IMG/VR virus record: IMGVR_UViG_3300020049_007132
Source: an uncultured virus (IMG/VR IMGVR_UViG_3300020049_007132)
Lineage: Duplodnaviria > Heunggongvirae > Uroviricota > Caudoviricetes > Crassvirales
Length of the DNA stretch: 64,000 nucleotides
Direction: 5' to 3' (one strand)
In this document: positions 53,557-64,000 of the stretch, in pieces
Layout of the letters: each line of letters starts with the position of its first letter
Numbering within the stretch: the first letter of the stretch is position 1
Notes under the pieces: generated by a model
Told to the model about the DNA's origin: nothing
The model's input: the letters and a program-made list of their open reading frames with translations, nothing else
Database searches by the model: none
Translations under genes and position numbers: made by a program

Positions 53557-56555
53557 ATGATGAAGTAATAGACGTTGCAATCCCTGTTAAAAAACAAACA
53601 GGTGGTGGAGAATTAGAGAAGTATTACAACTATCTAAAGTCCAAAGGGGCTGATGTGCCTGATAGTTTTCAATCATTCAGTAATACGTTGAGTGACGAAC
53701 AACAAGCAAAAAAATACTATCAATATGTAAGGCAAAAGGGATATGATGCACCCCCTACGTTTGAATCCTTTTCAAGCACCTTTGGATTAAAAAAAAAAGA
53801 TACAGAACAGGATTTACCACAAGATTCAAAGACTACTGTTTCTCAATCAAAGAATGGTGGGCAATTAGACCCCGCTTTTAGCCCTTCTACTGCATTATTA
53901 GGACGAGGGACACAGGAATCATCATTGCAAGGTTTAGGACTTCCTGTAATGAATGAGGACGTGCCTAAGACAGGTGCTACACCTGAAAAAACAGTTACGG
54001 TAAATACACCATTTGGACAGAGTACGATAAGTGCTGATGCTCCGATAACAAAGTTAGGTGTTGAAATAAATAAGCAAGTAAAAAGTGATGGTGGTGAAGG
54101 GTACTTTGATTCGTTCAAGGTTAAGCAGCCACAGGTTGAAGGCTCTTTGGTAGGTGACTTTTCAGGAAGTACAGCAGTAAAAGTACAAGGTAAGTCAGGT
54201 ATCACAGGACGTATCAACACACAAAATAATTCCGATGCAGGTGTTTTAGGAGATCAGGGATTTGTTGGTGCAACAGATAAAGAAGTTTCTACTGAAAGAG
54301 AACGGATTGCTTCGCAGGTGTATAATGAGCCTTCGCTTCGTGATATTGTCAAAGTAGAAAAGAATGGTGACAGGTTGATTGACCCATCAAAACTTAATGG
54401 ATGGTTTGAAAAATACCAAAAGGAAAACGGACTTGAATATCTTGATGCCAACGATAAAGTTTATATCCGCAACAAATTATATCAATCGGTTGCTGATGAA
54501 AAGAGCCAAGAGAAAGTTCTTGATGCAGTAAAGAAAACATATTCGGTTGAAGGAAAGGTTGACCCCATAACGGCTACCAATTTTGTAAATGAATTGATGC
54601 CTGATATTGAAAGGCAGGTATCTGAAAAGATTGTTGGTGAGTTACAAGGATTTGCTGATGGGTTGAACGCAAAGGTACAGAGTGGTGCGATGACAGCAGA
54701 GCAAGCGTCAGGTGAGTATGATAAGTTCTACAACCTTCAATCGGCTACGATGTACCCAAAGCTGATGAAGGAACGTGGCGATAAGTTAGCCGAACATTAC
54801 GGACTTAACGAAGAAGCAAAAAAAGAATTTTCAAAAAGGTATGCCGAACAAGCAGCCAAACGTGCCTTAGATGAAAACATGGGTGCTTATCAGTTTTGGA
54901 AAAGTCAGGGGTGGAATGGGATGGGTGCAGGACTTCAAAAAGGAATGGGTGATGTGGTGAAATTAGCGGGTGATGCGCTGATGATGAGTGGCTATGAGGA
55001 CTTGGGACAGCAGATAAGCCAAACGGCAAAATCACAAAATCTTCCTGATGTACAACTACCTGAATTTTCAGCAGAGAGTTTGACTGACCCTGTATGGTGG
55101 AATACGAAGATGATACCTACGTTGCCACTAATGGCAGAGATGATAGTGCCTTCATTAATGACACAAGGGGCTACAGCAGGGGCTTTATCAACTATGGGTA
55201 TAAAGGGGCTTACTAACCTACTTGCATCAGGTACGGCAGCAGGTGTAACGAATAGGGCATTTGAAAGTCTTGCAGAAGGAGCAAGTCAATACGCAAATGA
55301 TATTGATAAAGGGCTATCACCTGAAATAGCAGCACAAAACGCAGCAGACGTAACAAAAAAGAACTATCCTTTAGGTGGGCTTGATGCTTTACAGTTTGCT
55401 ATGCTTTATGCTAAGATACCACCTGCATTAAAATTAGCACTTGAAGGCGGTACTGAATACGGTGAAGAAGTATATCAGGGATGGGCGCAAGCTATACAGG
55501 ACAATCCTGAAATGCCATTTTTAAAGTACGCAGCAACACCCGAAGGAATAGAATCAGGTGTATTAGGTGGTATAATGGGACTTGTATTTGGTGGTGTAGG
55601 TGCATTGGGAACACAAAAACAAGGCAGCAAATATCAAAAGGCAAGTGTAGTATATGATATGCTTGCAGGTGTAGGAGAAAACGATCAGAAAAGAGGGTTG
55701 CAGATGATAGCGACACTCGATGACCTGTATAGAACAGGCATGATGAAGGAGAAGGACTACAAAGAGGCATTGGCGATTACCCAAAGTGTATTAGAGCAAA
55801 GAAATAGTTTGCCACAAGATTTAAGTGAGAAAGCACGTAAAGAAGTGGTGTTGTATAATTTTCAGGTACAGGAACTTGAAAGGCAAAAACAAAATGCTAC
55901 AAAAGAAGCTATTGAATATCTGAATAAGAAGATTGCAGCAATCCCACCACCTGTTTATACCGATGAAGAAATCGAAGCTGATAAGGCAAAGGTGGAAGAA
56001 ATAAAATCTGATGTTGGTTCAGATATAAAAGCGCAAGCATTAAAGTTAAAATCAGAAGTAGGACTACCACTTGCAGAAGCAGCCAAAGAAAAAGAACCTT
56101 CAACGGTATTCAGCGATGTACCAAAAGAACTATCAAGGGCAGAAAAGTTAAAGGCAGAGGCAATGAGTGGTGGTGTTGTATCTGATGCTCCTTATGTACC
56201 TCAAGTTGAATCACAAGTTGTCCCCGAATCAAAAGTAGAATCGCAGACCTTACCAATGGAAGTAACTGATACAGGTAGCGGTGTGGTTGAACCTGCATCG
56301 CAACCTTTGGAAACATCGGTAAGTGAAGTTGATAACACTCCAATACAGAGTGAACAATCCCAAAAAGAAGCCATAACAAAACTTGAAACTGAAAGGGATG
56401 CAGAAATAGATAAGGTGGTAAAGCCTGATCTGAAATTGCAATTTGTTTCTCCTAAAGAATTGGTTGCAAGCCAAGACCCGATAGGTAACAGAGAAAAGCA
56501 TAATGAATTGAAGGGACGGTACAAAAAATTAAAAAGCCTCATTGACTGCTTATAG
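53547..56555 (+). CDS. Large internal virion/ejection protein
   Basis: 1002 aa; short N-terminal repeats, G/A-rich hydrophobic core, EGGTEYGEEVYQ motif. Confidence 0.65.
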   Translation: MEVDDEVIDVAIPVKKQTGGGELEKYYNYLKSKGADVPDSFQSFSNTLSDEQQAKKYYQYVRQKGYDAPPTFESFSSTFGLKKKDTEQDLPQDSKTTVSQSKNGGQLDPAFSPSTALLGRGTQESSLQGLGLPVMNEDVPKTGATPEKTVTVNTPFGQSTISADAPITKLGVEINKQVKSDGGEGYFDSFKVKQPQVEGSLVGDFSGSTAVKVQGKSGITGRINTQNNSDAGVLGDQGFVGATDKEVSTERERIASQVYNEPSLRDIVKVEKNGDRLIDPSKLNGWFEKYQKENGLEYLDANDKVYIRNKLYQSVADEKSQEKVLDAVKKTYSVEGKVDPITATNFVNELMPDIERQVSEKIVGELQGFADGLNAKVQSGAMTAEQASGEYDKFYNLQSATMYPKLMKERGDKLAEHYGLNEEAKKEFSKRYAEQAAKRALDENMGAYQFWKSQGWNGMGAGLQKGMGDVVKLAGDALMMSGYEDLGQQISQTAKSQNLPDVQLPEFSAESLTDPVWWNTKMIPTLPLMAEMIVPSLMTQGATAGALSTMGIKGLTNLLASGTAAGVTNRAFESLAEGASQYANDIDKGLSPEIAAQNAADVTKKNYPLGGLDALQFAMLYAKIPPALKLALEGGTEYGEEVYQGWAQAIQDNPEMPFLKYAATPEGIESGVLGGIMGLVFGGVGALGTQKQGSKYQKASVVYDMLAGVGENDQKRGLQMIATLDDLYRTGMMKEKDYKEALAITQSVLEQRNSLPQDLSEKARKEVVLYNFQVQELERQKQNATKEAIEYLNKKIAAIPPPVYTDEEIEADKAKVEEIKSDVGSDIKAQALKLKSEVGLPLAEAAKEKEPSTVFSDVPKELSRAEKLKAEAMSGGVVSDAPYVPQVESQVVPESKVESQTLPMEVTDTGSGVVEPASQPLETSVSEVDNTPIQSEQSQKEAITKLETERDAEIDKVVKPDLKLQFVSPKELVASQDPIGNREKHNELKGRYKKLKSLIDCL

Positions 56556-56557
56556 AC

Positions 56558-56998
56558 ATGGCAAAAGAATACGACATAGAAGATGAAAAGTTTGAAGCCT
56601 TATTGCAAGATAAGAGGCATAAAGAAATAGTTAGAAAGTTAGGGGAACTTGCTATTGCAATAACTTCAAAAGATGATAAGGAATTAGTAAGGGTTCTTGC
56701 TGACCAACCATCTGTTTTCAAATCATCAATGGAACAGGTAATAAATGCTTTACAAAATATCGAACCACCACAAGTTAATATTAATTATGAAAATTTATTA
56801 ACTTCGTTTAAAAAAATAACGGATGCAGCAGCATTAAGAGTAGAAGAATCAAATAATAAGTTAATTGATGTGTTTGAAAAAAGATTAGTGCCTTATACAT
56901 TTGATTTAGTAAAAAATTACGGAATAACAGAATCCGTAAAAGTAAATTACAAGCCATCTAATGAAATAGCAATTTCAAAATCTAAATATAATGCGTAA
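56558..56998 (+). CDS. Hypothetical protein
   Basis: 146 aa; first gene of the inserted-looking module. Confidence 0.65.
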   Translation: MAKEYDIEDEKFEALLQDKRHKEIVRKLGELAIAITSKDDKELVRVLADQPSVFKSSMEQVINALQNIEPPQVNINYENLLTSFKKITDAAALRVEESNNKLIDVFEKRLVPYTFDLVKNYGITESVKVNYKPSNEIAISKSKYNA

Positions 56999-57765
56999 TG
57001 GCAGATAATGTAGCGATAAATGCGGTCACGACACCTGGAGGGGCAACTATCGCTACTGATGATGTTGGTGGAATCCAACATGAATTAGTAAAGGTAGAAT
57101 TTGGTAGCGATGGGGTTGCAACAATGGTTGATTCGGCTAATCCATTGCCTGTTACAGATGCATCCGTACTTGCCAAGCTATCTGCTGACCCTGCAACACA
57201 AACAACATTATTAGCGTTATTGGCTAAAGTTATTGCAGCACCATCAACCGAAGCTAAACAAGATGCAACCAATGTTTTACTAACAACGATTGCTGCCATT
57301 ACACAACCATTAACCGATGCACAACTAAGGGCATCACCTGTACCTATTAGTGGAACGGTAACTGCAAATACAGGGCTTACACAACCGCTTACCAATACTG
57401 AATTAAGGTTAACCCCAGTACCTGTTAGTGGCACTGTAACCGTTGATACTTCGCTTATTTCAACGGCGGCTAAACAAGATCAACAAACAGCACTACTTAC
57501 TACGCTTAACAGTTTGATTGAAACTAATAATTATTTGGTTCAGTTTTTATCGCAGTTGACAGCAGCAATGAATAGCGGCGCACCTGCATTGAGGGTAAAT
57601 CCAATAGCATCAGTTTCAACAGCAGTAACAGGTTCGGTAACGGCAACGGTAACATCAGTTGGTTCAATAACTAACTTTGGAACAGGTATCCCTGCATCTG
57701 AAATGGCACATGATATGAATAATCTATTAGTTCAAATGGCGAATGTTAACAATGTAACAGTTTAA
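56998..57765 (+). CDS. Putative virion fibre/decoration protein
   Basis: MADNVAI...IATDDVGG; repeated LT.xQLR.xPVP.SGTVT. Confidence 0.6.
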   Translation: MADNVAINAVTTPGGATIATDDVGGIQHELVKVEFGSDGVATMVDSANPLPVTDASVLAKLSADPATQTTLLALLAKVIAAPSTEAKQDATNVLLTTIAAITQPLTDAQLRASPVPISGTVTANTGLTQPLTNTELRLTPVPVSGTVTVDTSLISTAAKQDQQTALLTTLNSLIETNNYLVQFLSQLTAAMNSGAPALRVNPIASVSTAVTGSVTATVTSVGSITNFGTGIPASEMAHDMNNLLVQMANVNNVTV

Positions 57766-57769
57766 GAAA

Positions 57770-59218
57770 ATGGCAGAAACACAAGGAAATATCCCGATTT
57801 TAAATCGTAAAGAATGGCAGACAATGATGCCAGCAATAACCGCAACGGCAGCAGGATCATTTGTAGCAGCAGACCAATCAGGGCTTTCCAGATATGCCTT
57901 GTATATGCTATCCGGTACGGTTCATTATTTGTACGACCATTTAAACGATGATTATTTACCGATCACATCAGGTGCTTTTGCAGGTACATTTGTAGCTGGA
58001 GTTTGCGGGTGCTACCATCCTTGGTCAGTAACATTTACGGCGACAGGTGGAACGACAACAACGGTTAACGTAGCAGCAGCAACGTCAAATATCAGTGGTT
58101 TGGTGGTGGGTGCTGAAATAGAATTTTTGTCAGGAACGGCAGCAAACTTAGGACAGCGTAGAACGATAACAGCGATTGAAATAGCGGGTGGAACAGGAAC
58201 GACAATTATTACTTTCAATGCCGCACCTGGAGCGGTAGTAAATACAGATACATTTCGGATTTCATCTGGCAGCTTCTTTGTACTTGCCACAGGAACATTG
58301 GCGACAGGTTCATTTAAGCGTTGGGATATTGCAACGGCTGTTTGGAGTAACTTATCAATAACTACTCTACCTGCAACGTGGGGAACGGATGGTAGAATGG
58401 TTACACCGGCGATATTAGATGACTTCTATGATTCAGGAACGGCATCAGCAGGGGCGGCGACAACATTAACAGACGGTACAAAGGCATGGACATCCGACCA
58501 GTGGATTAATTCACAGGTAAGAATAACCGGAGGAACAGGGATTGGGCAAATAAGAAGAATATCAGATAATGATGGCACTGTATTAACCGTTGCTTCGGCA
58601 TGGACAACAAACCCTGATGCAACAAGTACTTATAAGATTGAAGGAGATGAAAATGCAATATTTGTTTTGGGGAACAATGCCGTAACTATGTATAAGTATT
58701 CAATATCAGGTAATACTTGGGCAGTTGTTGCACCCACAACAGCAAGGGTAGGCGCACCAATAGCGGGTATGAGTGCAAACTTCGTAGGTAAGACAGGTGA
58801 TACCGTTTGGGCTGATATTACAGACATAAAAGACGGTAGATACATTTATTCATTGAGGGGTGGAACGGCTGTACTTGACCGTTACGATATTGCAGGTGGA
58901 ACGGCAGGTGCAGGGGCATGGTTAGCAATAACATATTCACCTGCATTACAAACATTTGCCACAGGTGATAGTTCATGTTGGGATTATGAAAATATCATCA
59001 TAGCGAAAGAAGGAACGGCAGCGATACCTCAAAGATTTTACAAATACAATGTTGTAGATAATACATTTATTCCATTTTCAAGTGATTGGTATTTTGGTGG
59101 GGCAGCTTTGTTGGGAAATAAAATTTGGGTGAAAAAGTTATCAGCAACAGGACTTGTAAGGTGGGTATATTGTTTGCAATCAACATCAACAAATTTACGC
59201 AGAATAATGATATATTAA
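57770..59218 (+). CDS. Beta-propeller (kelch-like) virion protein with inserted beta domains
   Basis: Repeated YKYSISGNTW / RWDIATAVW / RYDIAG blades; two GT..GQ.R.I modules. Confidence 0.6.
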   Translation: MAETQGNIPILNRKEWQTMMPAITATAAGSFVAADQSGLSRYALYMLSGTVHYLYDHLNDDYLPITSGAFAGTFVAGVCGCYHPWSVTFTATGGTTTTVNVAAATSNISGLVVGAEIEFLSGTAANLGQRRTITAIEIAGGTGTTIITFNAAPGAVVNTDTFRISSGSFFVLATGTLATGSFKRWDIATAVWSNLSITTLPATWGTDGRMVTPAILDDFYDSGTASAGAATTLTDGTKAWTSDQWINSQVRITGGTGIGQIRRISDNDGTVLTVASAWTTNPDATSTYKIEGDENAIFVLGNNAVTMYKYSISGNTWAVVAPTTARVGAPIAGMSANFVGKTGDTVWADITDIKDGRYIYSLRGGTAVLDRYDIAGGTAGAGAWLAITYSPALQTFATGDSSCWDYENIIIAKEGTAAIPQRFYKYNVVDNTFIPFSSDWYFGGAALLGNKIWVKKLSATGLVRWVYCLQSTSTNLRRIMIY

Positions 59219-59222
59219 ATGT

Positions 59223-59447
59223 ATGTTACTTACTATTTTAGCGCAAAATGTGATGATTGGTTCGGTGTCACCACCAATACCGTCTGACCCATTTATACAA
59301 ATAGGAGATGATGATGGAGGAGGATATACCGAAAGGCATTATGATAAAGAAAAAAAGCAGAGAGAAGAAAGAGAAAGAAAAATAAGAATAGATGATAGTG
59401 AAATAATAGCGATAGTTGAATTAACTTTAAGGCAATTTACAATTTAG
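59223..59447 (+). CDS. Small hypothetical protein
   Basis: 74 aa; last gene of the module. Confidence 0.55.
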   Translation: MLLTILAQNVMIGSVSPPIPSDPFIQIGDDDGGGYTERHYDKEKKQREERERKIRIDDSEIIAIVELTLRQFTI

Positions 59448-59449
59448 AC

Positions 59450-62400
59450 ATGCCTAATCCTTGCATAGAATTACACGCACCACATTTAAAAGGCAGGTTT
59501 GATGAACTTGTAAAAAGCGGTATGTCCGAAAGGGAAGCTGGCAGAAAGGCGGCTATGGAAGATTTTGCCAAACTGGATAAAGAGTTAATTGCCTTTAAAG
59601 AAAGTATCGGAATAAAGTTATCCAAAGAACAAAAAGCAGGTTACAAAGAACCTGATAATTCAGCGAAAGTAAAAGAGATCACAGATGCTTATGCGGATAA
59701 AATAAAAGCAGCATCCCAACCCCCCGAAGTAAATGTTAAAGAATCACCCTCAAAGAAAGAGGAATCTATACAGAAAGAAGAAGTAGTAACTCCATTAAAG
59801 GATCAGATAGCGGCTATTGAATTAGAAAGGGACGAAGCAATTAAAAAAGCTACTAAGCAATCAACAAGTGATGATGACTTGGTGAATCGTTCAAAAGATA
59901 TTCATGCTGAATTTGATGCTAAGGTACAATCCCTCAAAGATCAACCAAACCAACCAACCAATGAAAAAGAAAAAAGGAAAGAAGAAGGGCTGTTAAGTCC
60001 TAAAGAAAAAAAAGAAGAAGTAATAAGTTCACCTAAAACAACAACCGATGGCAAAGAAAAGAGTACGGACAGCACTTCCGAAAAAGCCGAAAAAGTAGAT
60101 AAAGGGGGCGACACAAAAGCCCCCACTACTGAAAAGAAATTTACAGAAAAATCAAAGAAGATAGCTGAAAAGATAAGATCATTCAAGTCAAAGCCTTTAG
60201 AGTTAAAAGATGAAAAAGGAAATCCAATCATCATAGCAAAAAAAGGAATAGACCAAAATGATATTATAGAAGGCATAGCTAAATTAGTAGAGGCAGGAGG
60301 ACAATTAGCAGATGCAATAGCAACAGAACTTTCAAAACATAAATGGTACAATGACCTTACAGATAAAGGAAAAGAAGGGGTAAGAAAACAGTTTGAAGAT
60401 CATCTGTCAAAGGACGTTACAGGAATTACCCATGAAAAAACAGAGGAAACAAGAACTGAATTTGGATTGGGTGACTTCTATGAGAAAACAACTAAAGAGG
60501 ACGAAGCATTATTTGCCGAAGCTGATAAGCAGATTAAGGAAGGGTATAACATTGAATCACTCATATCTAAATTAGAGCAAGGTCACATACCATCTGATTT
60601 AGAAACTACCATACTTAAAAAGTATAAAGCAACAGTTGAAGCAAAGATTGCCAAAGACCCAAGTGATGAAAACTTAGCTGATTTAAGAAGGTTGGTTAAG
60701 GCTACCGATGTCGCAGGTACATTGGCAGGTAGAGGACTTCGTTCACGTCAAGGATTAGAAATAAGAGATGATTCGCTTGCTGGTTATTTCACAAGGGAAA
60801 CTGATGTGAACCAAGATGCTCCACTTACCGAAACACAAAAGGAAAGAGTAATAAAAGAGCATACAGAAATCACAGAAGCACAGAAAGCCTTTAATGAAAA
60901 GATTGCTGAACTTGAAGCAGAAAATGCCAAACTAAAAGCAGATGCCGAACTAAAAAAGTTAAAAGCCAATACCAAAAAGACAAAGAAAACACATGATGAC
61001 TTTGTTGCTGAAAGGAAATCTTTGATTGACCAATTTAAGGAAGAAGGAAAATTCGATAAGAACAAACCACAGGCACAAGGAATATCGCTTACCAATAAGC
61101 AAGTGGTAATCATTGGTAAGTTAGCAAAGAGTTATGTAGATGAAGGTATTTCTAAGTTAGGTGATGTTGTAACTAAGATAGCATCTGAATTAGGTCTTTC
61201 AGAAAGAGATGTGCAAGATGTTTTGGCGGGTGAATACAACGAAAAAAAGAAAACCAAAACAGAATTAGCGCAGACACTTTTAGATATAAAGGAACAAGCA
61301 AAACTAATCAATAAGTTAGATGCGTTGCTTCGTGGAGAAACACCGAAAGTTGAGAAAGCCAAAATACAAAGAAATCAGGAAATAGAAGGATTACGTAAGC
61401 GGATAAAAGACTTGCAGAAGGAACGTGCTGATGCAGAAAGAAAAATAAAAAATGATGAATCAAAAACACAAAGAGAGGCAAACAAAAAAACACCAGAGCA
61501 ACAAGCACTTGACAACCTTAAAAAAAGATATGAGAGAGAGATAAATACTATCACAGAAGATTTGCGTACCGGAAACTTTGATAAGTCGTTACCAAAACCA
61601 CCTTTGAAACTTGACAAGGAAGCAATAGACCTAAAAGATAGGCTGATAAAATTAAAAAGAGAAAGAGAGATAAGGTTAATAAAACAGGAATATGCTAACA
61701 GGACGGCACAGCAAAGAGCAGTTGATAAGGTGGTTGAAGTTTTGAATGTGCCACGTACACTTATGTCCTCAATGGATTTTTCAGCACCACTTAGGCAAGC
61801 CGTAGTAGTTACTGTTTCGCATCCTCAAATTGCGGCAGGAGCAGGATTAGAAATGTTTAAACAATCTGTATCACAGAAAAGATTTGACAGGTGGTTTAGC
61901 GATGTAAGGCAGATGCCACGTTGGAAGCTGATGGAGGATTCAGGGCTTTATGTTGCAGACCCTCATGACCCACGATTGACTGCTAAAGAGGAAGCGTTCA
62001 TGAATAATTTAGTGGAGAAAATACCATTTATAGGAGGTGCTGTTAAAATCCCAAATAGTGTTCCTGTTATTGGTGGTAAAAAAATAGGAGGATTAGTAAA
62101 AGGTACTGAACGTGCTTATGTAGGCTATCTCAATAAAATGAGAGTTGACTTATTTAACAGGTTTGCAGATGCCTTTGAAGCAAAAGGACATACGTTTGAA
62201 AACAGTCCTGAATTATTTAAAGGTCTTGCAAGCTATGTAAACAATTCAACAGGCAGAGGAAAATTAGGTGTTCTTGAAAGTTCAGCACCGATGCTCAATA
62301 CTGCATTTTTTGCACCACGTCTTATTGCCTCAAGAATAAATATGCTTAACCCACTTTACTATAAGCAACTACCCAAACCTGTAAGAGTACAAGCGTTAAA

Positions 62401-63265
62401 GGATATGGCAGTATTTATTGGTGTTGGTATTACTGTTCTTACGATTGCAAAATTATTAGGTGCTGACGTGGAAGATGACCCACGAAGTTCAGATTTTGGA
62501 AAGATAAAAGATGGCAATACAAGGTGGGATATTTGGGGTGGCTTTCAGGCATATGTAAGAATAATAGCACAAGTATTAACAGGACAAAGCAAGTCAGCAA
62601 GGACAGGAAGCATTCAGGAGTTAAGTGGTGAAGGTGCATTTGGACGTGACAGGGGTGATGTTGTTGGTAGCTTTTTAAGAGGTAAACTTGCGCCTATTCC
62701 TGCGATGACATGGAACTTGATAAAAGGAGAAACCATGACAGGTGAAAAGGCAACACCATTTTCAGAACTTCGTGAACACATGATGCCTATGATTGCAGGT
62801 GATTTGAAAGATGCAATGAAAGACAGAGGCGTAAGATCACTGTATGAAGTTGGACTACCTTCCATGTTTGGAATAGGTGCATCAACGTATCTTCCAAGAG
62901 GGTATGATAAAGTAAACAAAAAAGACCCTGTATATGAATTTCTGTATAAGAAAAACATGAATCTTAGCGAACCACAGCAAGGAGAGTTGACTGATGATGA
63001 ATACAAAAAGATGATGGAATTAAGAGAACCGATTTTTAGAGATAAGTGGGAAGTTATTATTGAAAACGGAGCGTTGATAGATAAAGAGGGTAAAGTTACT
63101 ATTGATAAAGACGAGGACGTTTCAAAGAAAAAGGTTGATGAATTGAACATGGAAGAATTATCATCACTCATGAAATCAGTAGGTAATAGCGCAACAAGGG
63201 AAGCAAAGAAAAAGGTTATATTAAAAGAGGATGAGCAAAAAAAGAGTAGGAGGATAAAACTGTAA
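59450..63265 (+). CDS. Large polyvalent/ejection-type protein
   Basis: 1271 aa; K/E coiled coils and a C-terminal domain with DFSAPLRQ, TGRG, DPRSSDFGKIK.GNTRWDIWGG. Confidence 0.65.
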   Translation: MPNPCIELHAPHLKGRFDELVKSGMSEREAGRKAAMEDFAKLDKELIAFKESIGIKLSKEQKAGYKEPDNSAKVKEITDAYADKIKAASQPPEVNVKESPSKKEESIQKEEVVTPLKDQIAAIELERDEAIKKATKQSTSDDDLVNRSKDIHAEFDAKVQSLKDQPNQPTNEKEKRKEEGLLSPKEKKEEVISSPKTTTDGKEKSTDSTSEKAEKVDKGGDTKAPTTEKKFTEKSKKIAEKIRSFKSKPLELKDEKGNPIIIAKKGIDQNDIIEGIAKLVEAGGQLADAIATELSKHKWYNDLTDKGKEGVRKQFEDHLSKDVTGITHEKTEETRTEFGLGDFYEKTTKEDEALFAEADKQIKEGYNIESLISKLEQGHIPSDLETTILKKYKATVEAKIAKDPSDENLADLRRLVKATDVAGTLAGRGLRSRQGLEIRDDSLAGYFTRETDVNQDAPLTETQKERVIKEHTEITEAQKAFNEKIAELEAENAKLKADAELKKLKANTKKTKKTHDDFVAERKSLIDQFKEEGKFDKNKPQAQGISLTNKQVVIIGKLAKSYVDEGISKLGDVVTKIASELGLSERDVQDVLAGEYNEKKKTKTELAQTLLDIKEQAKLINKLDALLRGETPKVEKAKIQRNQEIEGLRKRIKDLQKERADAERKIKNDESKTQREANKKTPEQQALDNLKKRYEREINTITEDLRTGNFDKSLPKPPLKLDKEAIDLKDRLIKLKREREIRLIKQEYANRTAQQRAVDKVVEVLNVPRTLMSSMDFSAPLRQAVVVTVSHPQIAAGAGLEMFKQSVSQKRFDRWFSDVRQMPRWKLMEDSGLYVADPHDPRLTAKEEAFMNNLVEKIPFIGGAVKIPNSVPVIGGKKIGGLVKGTERAYVGYLNKMRVDLFNRFADAFEAKGHTFENSPELFKGLASYVNNSTGRGKLGVLESSAPMLNTAFFAPRLIASRINMLNPLYYKQLPKPVRVQALKDMAVFIGVGITVLTIAKLLGADVEDDPRSSDFGKIKDGNTRWDIWGGFQAYVRIIAQVLTGQSKSARTGSIQELSGEGAFGRDRGDVVGSFLRGKLAPIPAMTWNLIKGETMTGEKATPFSELREHMMPMIAGDLKDAMKDRGVRSLYEVGLPSMFGIGASTYLPRGYDKVNKKDPVYEFLYKKNMNLSEPQQGELTDDEYKKMMELREPIFRDKWEVIIENGALIDKEGKVTIDKDEDVSKKKVDELNMEELSSLMKSVGNSATREAKKKVILKEDEQKKSRRIKL

Positions 63266-64000
63266 TGTCTATCCAACACAACGATCAGATTAATGGTTAT
63301 ACAGGAAGCCCAAACGTAGCACCTAACAAGTATGTTACGCTTACAGGGACTATATCATCTGTAGGTCAGATAGTGACAGGTGTAGGCACTTCTTTTACTA
63401 CTGAAATATATGGTGGTGGGATAGGTGATGTAAGCTATGTAAATAATGGTGGTTGGATATTCAATGGAACAGATGAGGTAGTACAAATAAAGGATATTGT
63501 TTCAGATACCGTATTGGTGTTAAAGCAATCTTTCACGTCTGATTTATCAGCAGGGACGGCACTACTGTATGTGCCTCATTCACGTACTATGCAGATGACA
63601 TTAAGATCAAGTGATGGTACAGGAACGGTAAATGGTGTAGCTATTGGCGCAGGTGGATATGTAGGGTTTGGATTTACAAAGTCAAGAAACGCAAGAATTG
63701 TTGAACCTGTTATCATTGATGGTAATAGCGATAGCCTTAATGCAACACAAATGTTAGGTGTGCCTAATGAAGCACAGGTGGATAGCGATGTTGAAGTTGA
63801 TACCACAGATGAATTAGGTTTAATAACATATAGTCTTTATGGAGATACAACATTTGATATTTCAGTAGAAAATTCCATTGCAGGAAATACCGATTTACAA
63901 AACAACGTGCGCCTGTTAAACCTTAATTATCTTGCATGGGCGACAGGTGCAGTAGAGAATTGGGCTTACTATCTTGAAAGTGGTGGTGATGGATGGAACA
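63265..64000 (+). CDS. Putative tail fibre/virion protein (partial)
   Basis: TAATG coupling; open to the window end: MSIQHNDQING...TGTISSVGQIVTGVGTSFTTEI. Confidence 0.6.
   Translation, partial: MSIQHNDQINGYTGSPNVAPNKYVTLTGTISSVGQIVTGVGTSFTTEIYGGGIGDVSYVNNGGWIFNGTDEVVQIKDIVSDTVLVLKQSFTSDLSAGTALLYVPHSRTMQMTLRSSDGTGTVNGVAIGAGGYVGFGFTKSRNARIVEPVIIDGNSDSLNATQMLGVPNEAQVDSDVEVDTTDELGLITYSLYGDTTFDISVENSIAGNTDLQNNVRLLNLNYLAWATGAVENWAYYLESGGDGWN

Noticed and set aside
1..64000. Stop-codon reassignment as in some Crassvirales
   Set aside because: Long genes are intact under the standard code; TAG and TGA end genes at sensible, often coupled positions (e.g. 33420, 47360, 56555).

Overview
This window is a 64-kb, AT-rich segment of a tailed dsDNA phage or prophage, most likely infecting Bacteroidota (TTG-N20-21-TAnnTTTG promoters, A-rich starts without Shine-Dalgarno, DUF3127 SSB-like gene). 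About 1-20 kb is an early/accessory region of small ORFs. It includes two DNA methyltransferases, a DnaA domain-IV protein, a replication module (initiator-like protein, DnaB, DUF3127), HNH and PD-(D/E)XK nucleases, and an ACP-like protein. About 20-30 kb holds a large fibre-like protein and a glycosyl-/methyltransferase cluster. About 32-64 kb is a Crassvirales-like podovirus morphogenesis block: GroES-like protein, TerL, portal, capsid, ring and muzzle proteins, large ejection proteins. The standard genetic code fits, and no integrase, RT, Cas or DNA polymerase gene is visible. The most unusual signals are: (1) a chain of ~135-bp attC-like palindromes at 93-1731 whose ends pair in integron-cassette fashion and bracket methyltransferase genes; (2) several small genes each flanked by its own 11-26 bp direct repeat, mostly ~225-265 bp apart; (3) a cluster of tRNA-like and other structured ncRNAs at 5.9-6.6 kb; (4) a palindromic operator overlapping early promoters; (5) an ACP-like protein lacking its phosphopantetheine serine. 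All functional calls come from motifs read by eye; no database searches were run.
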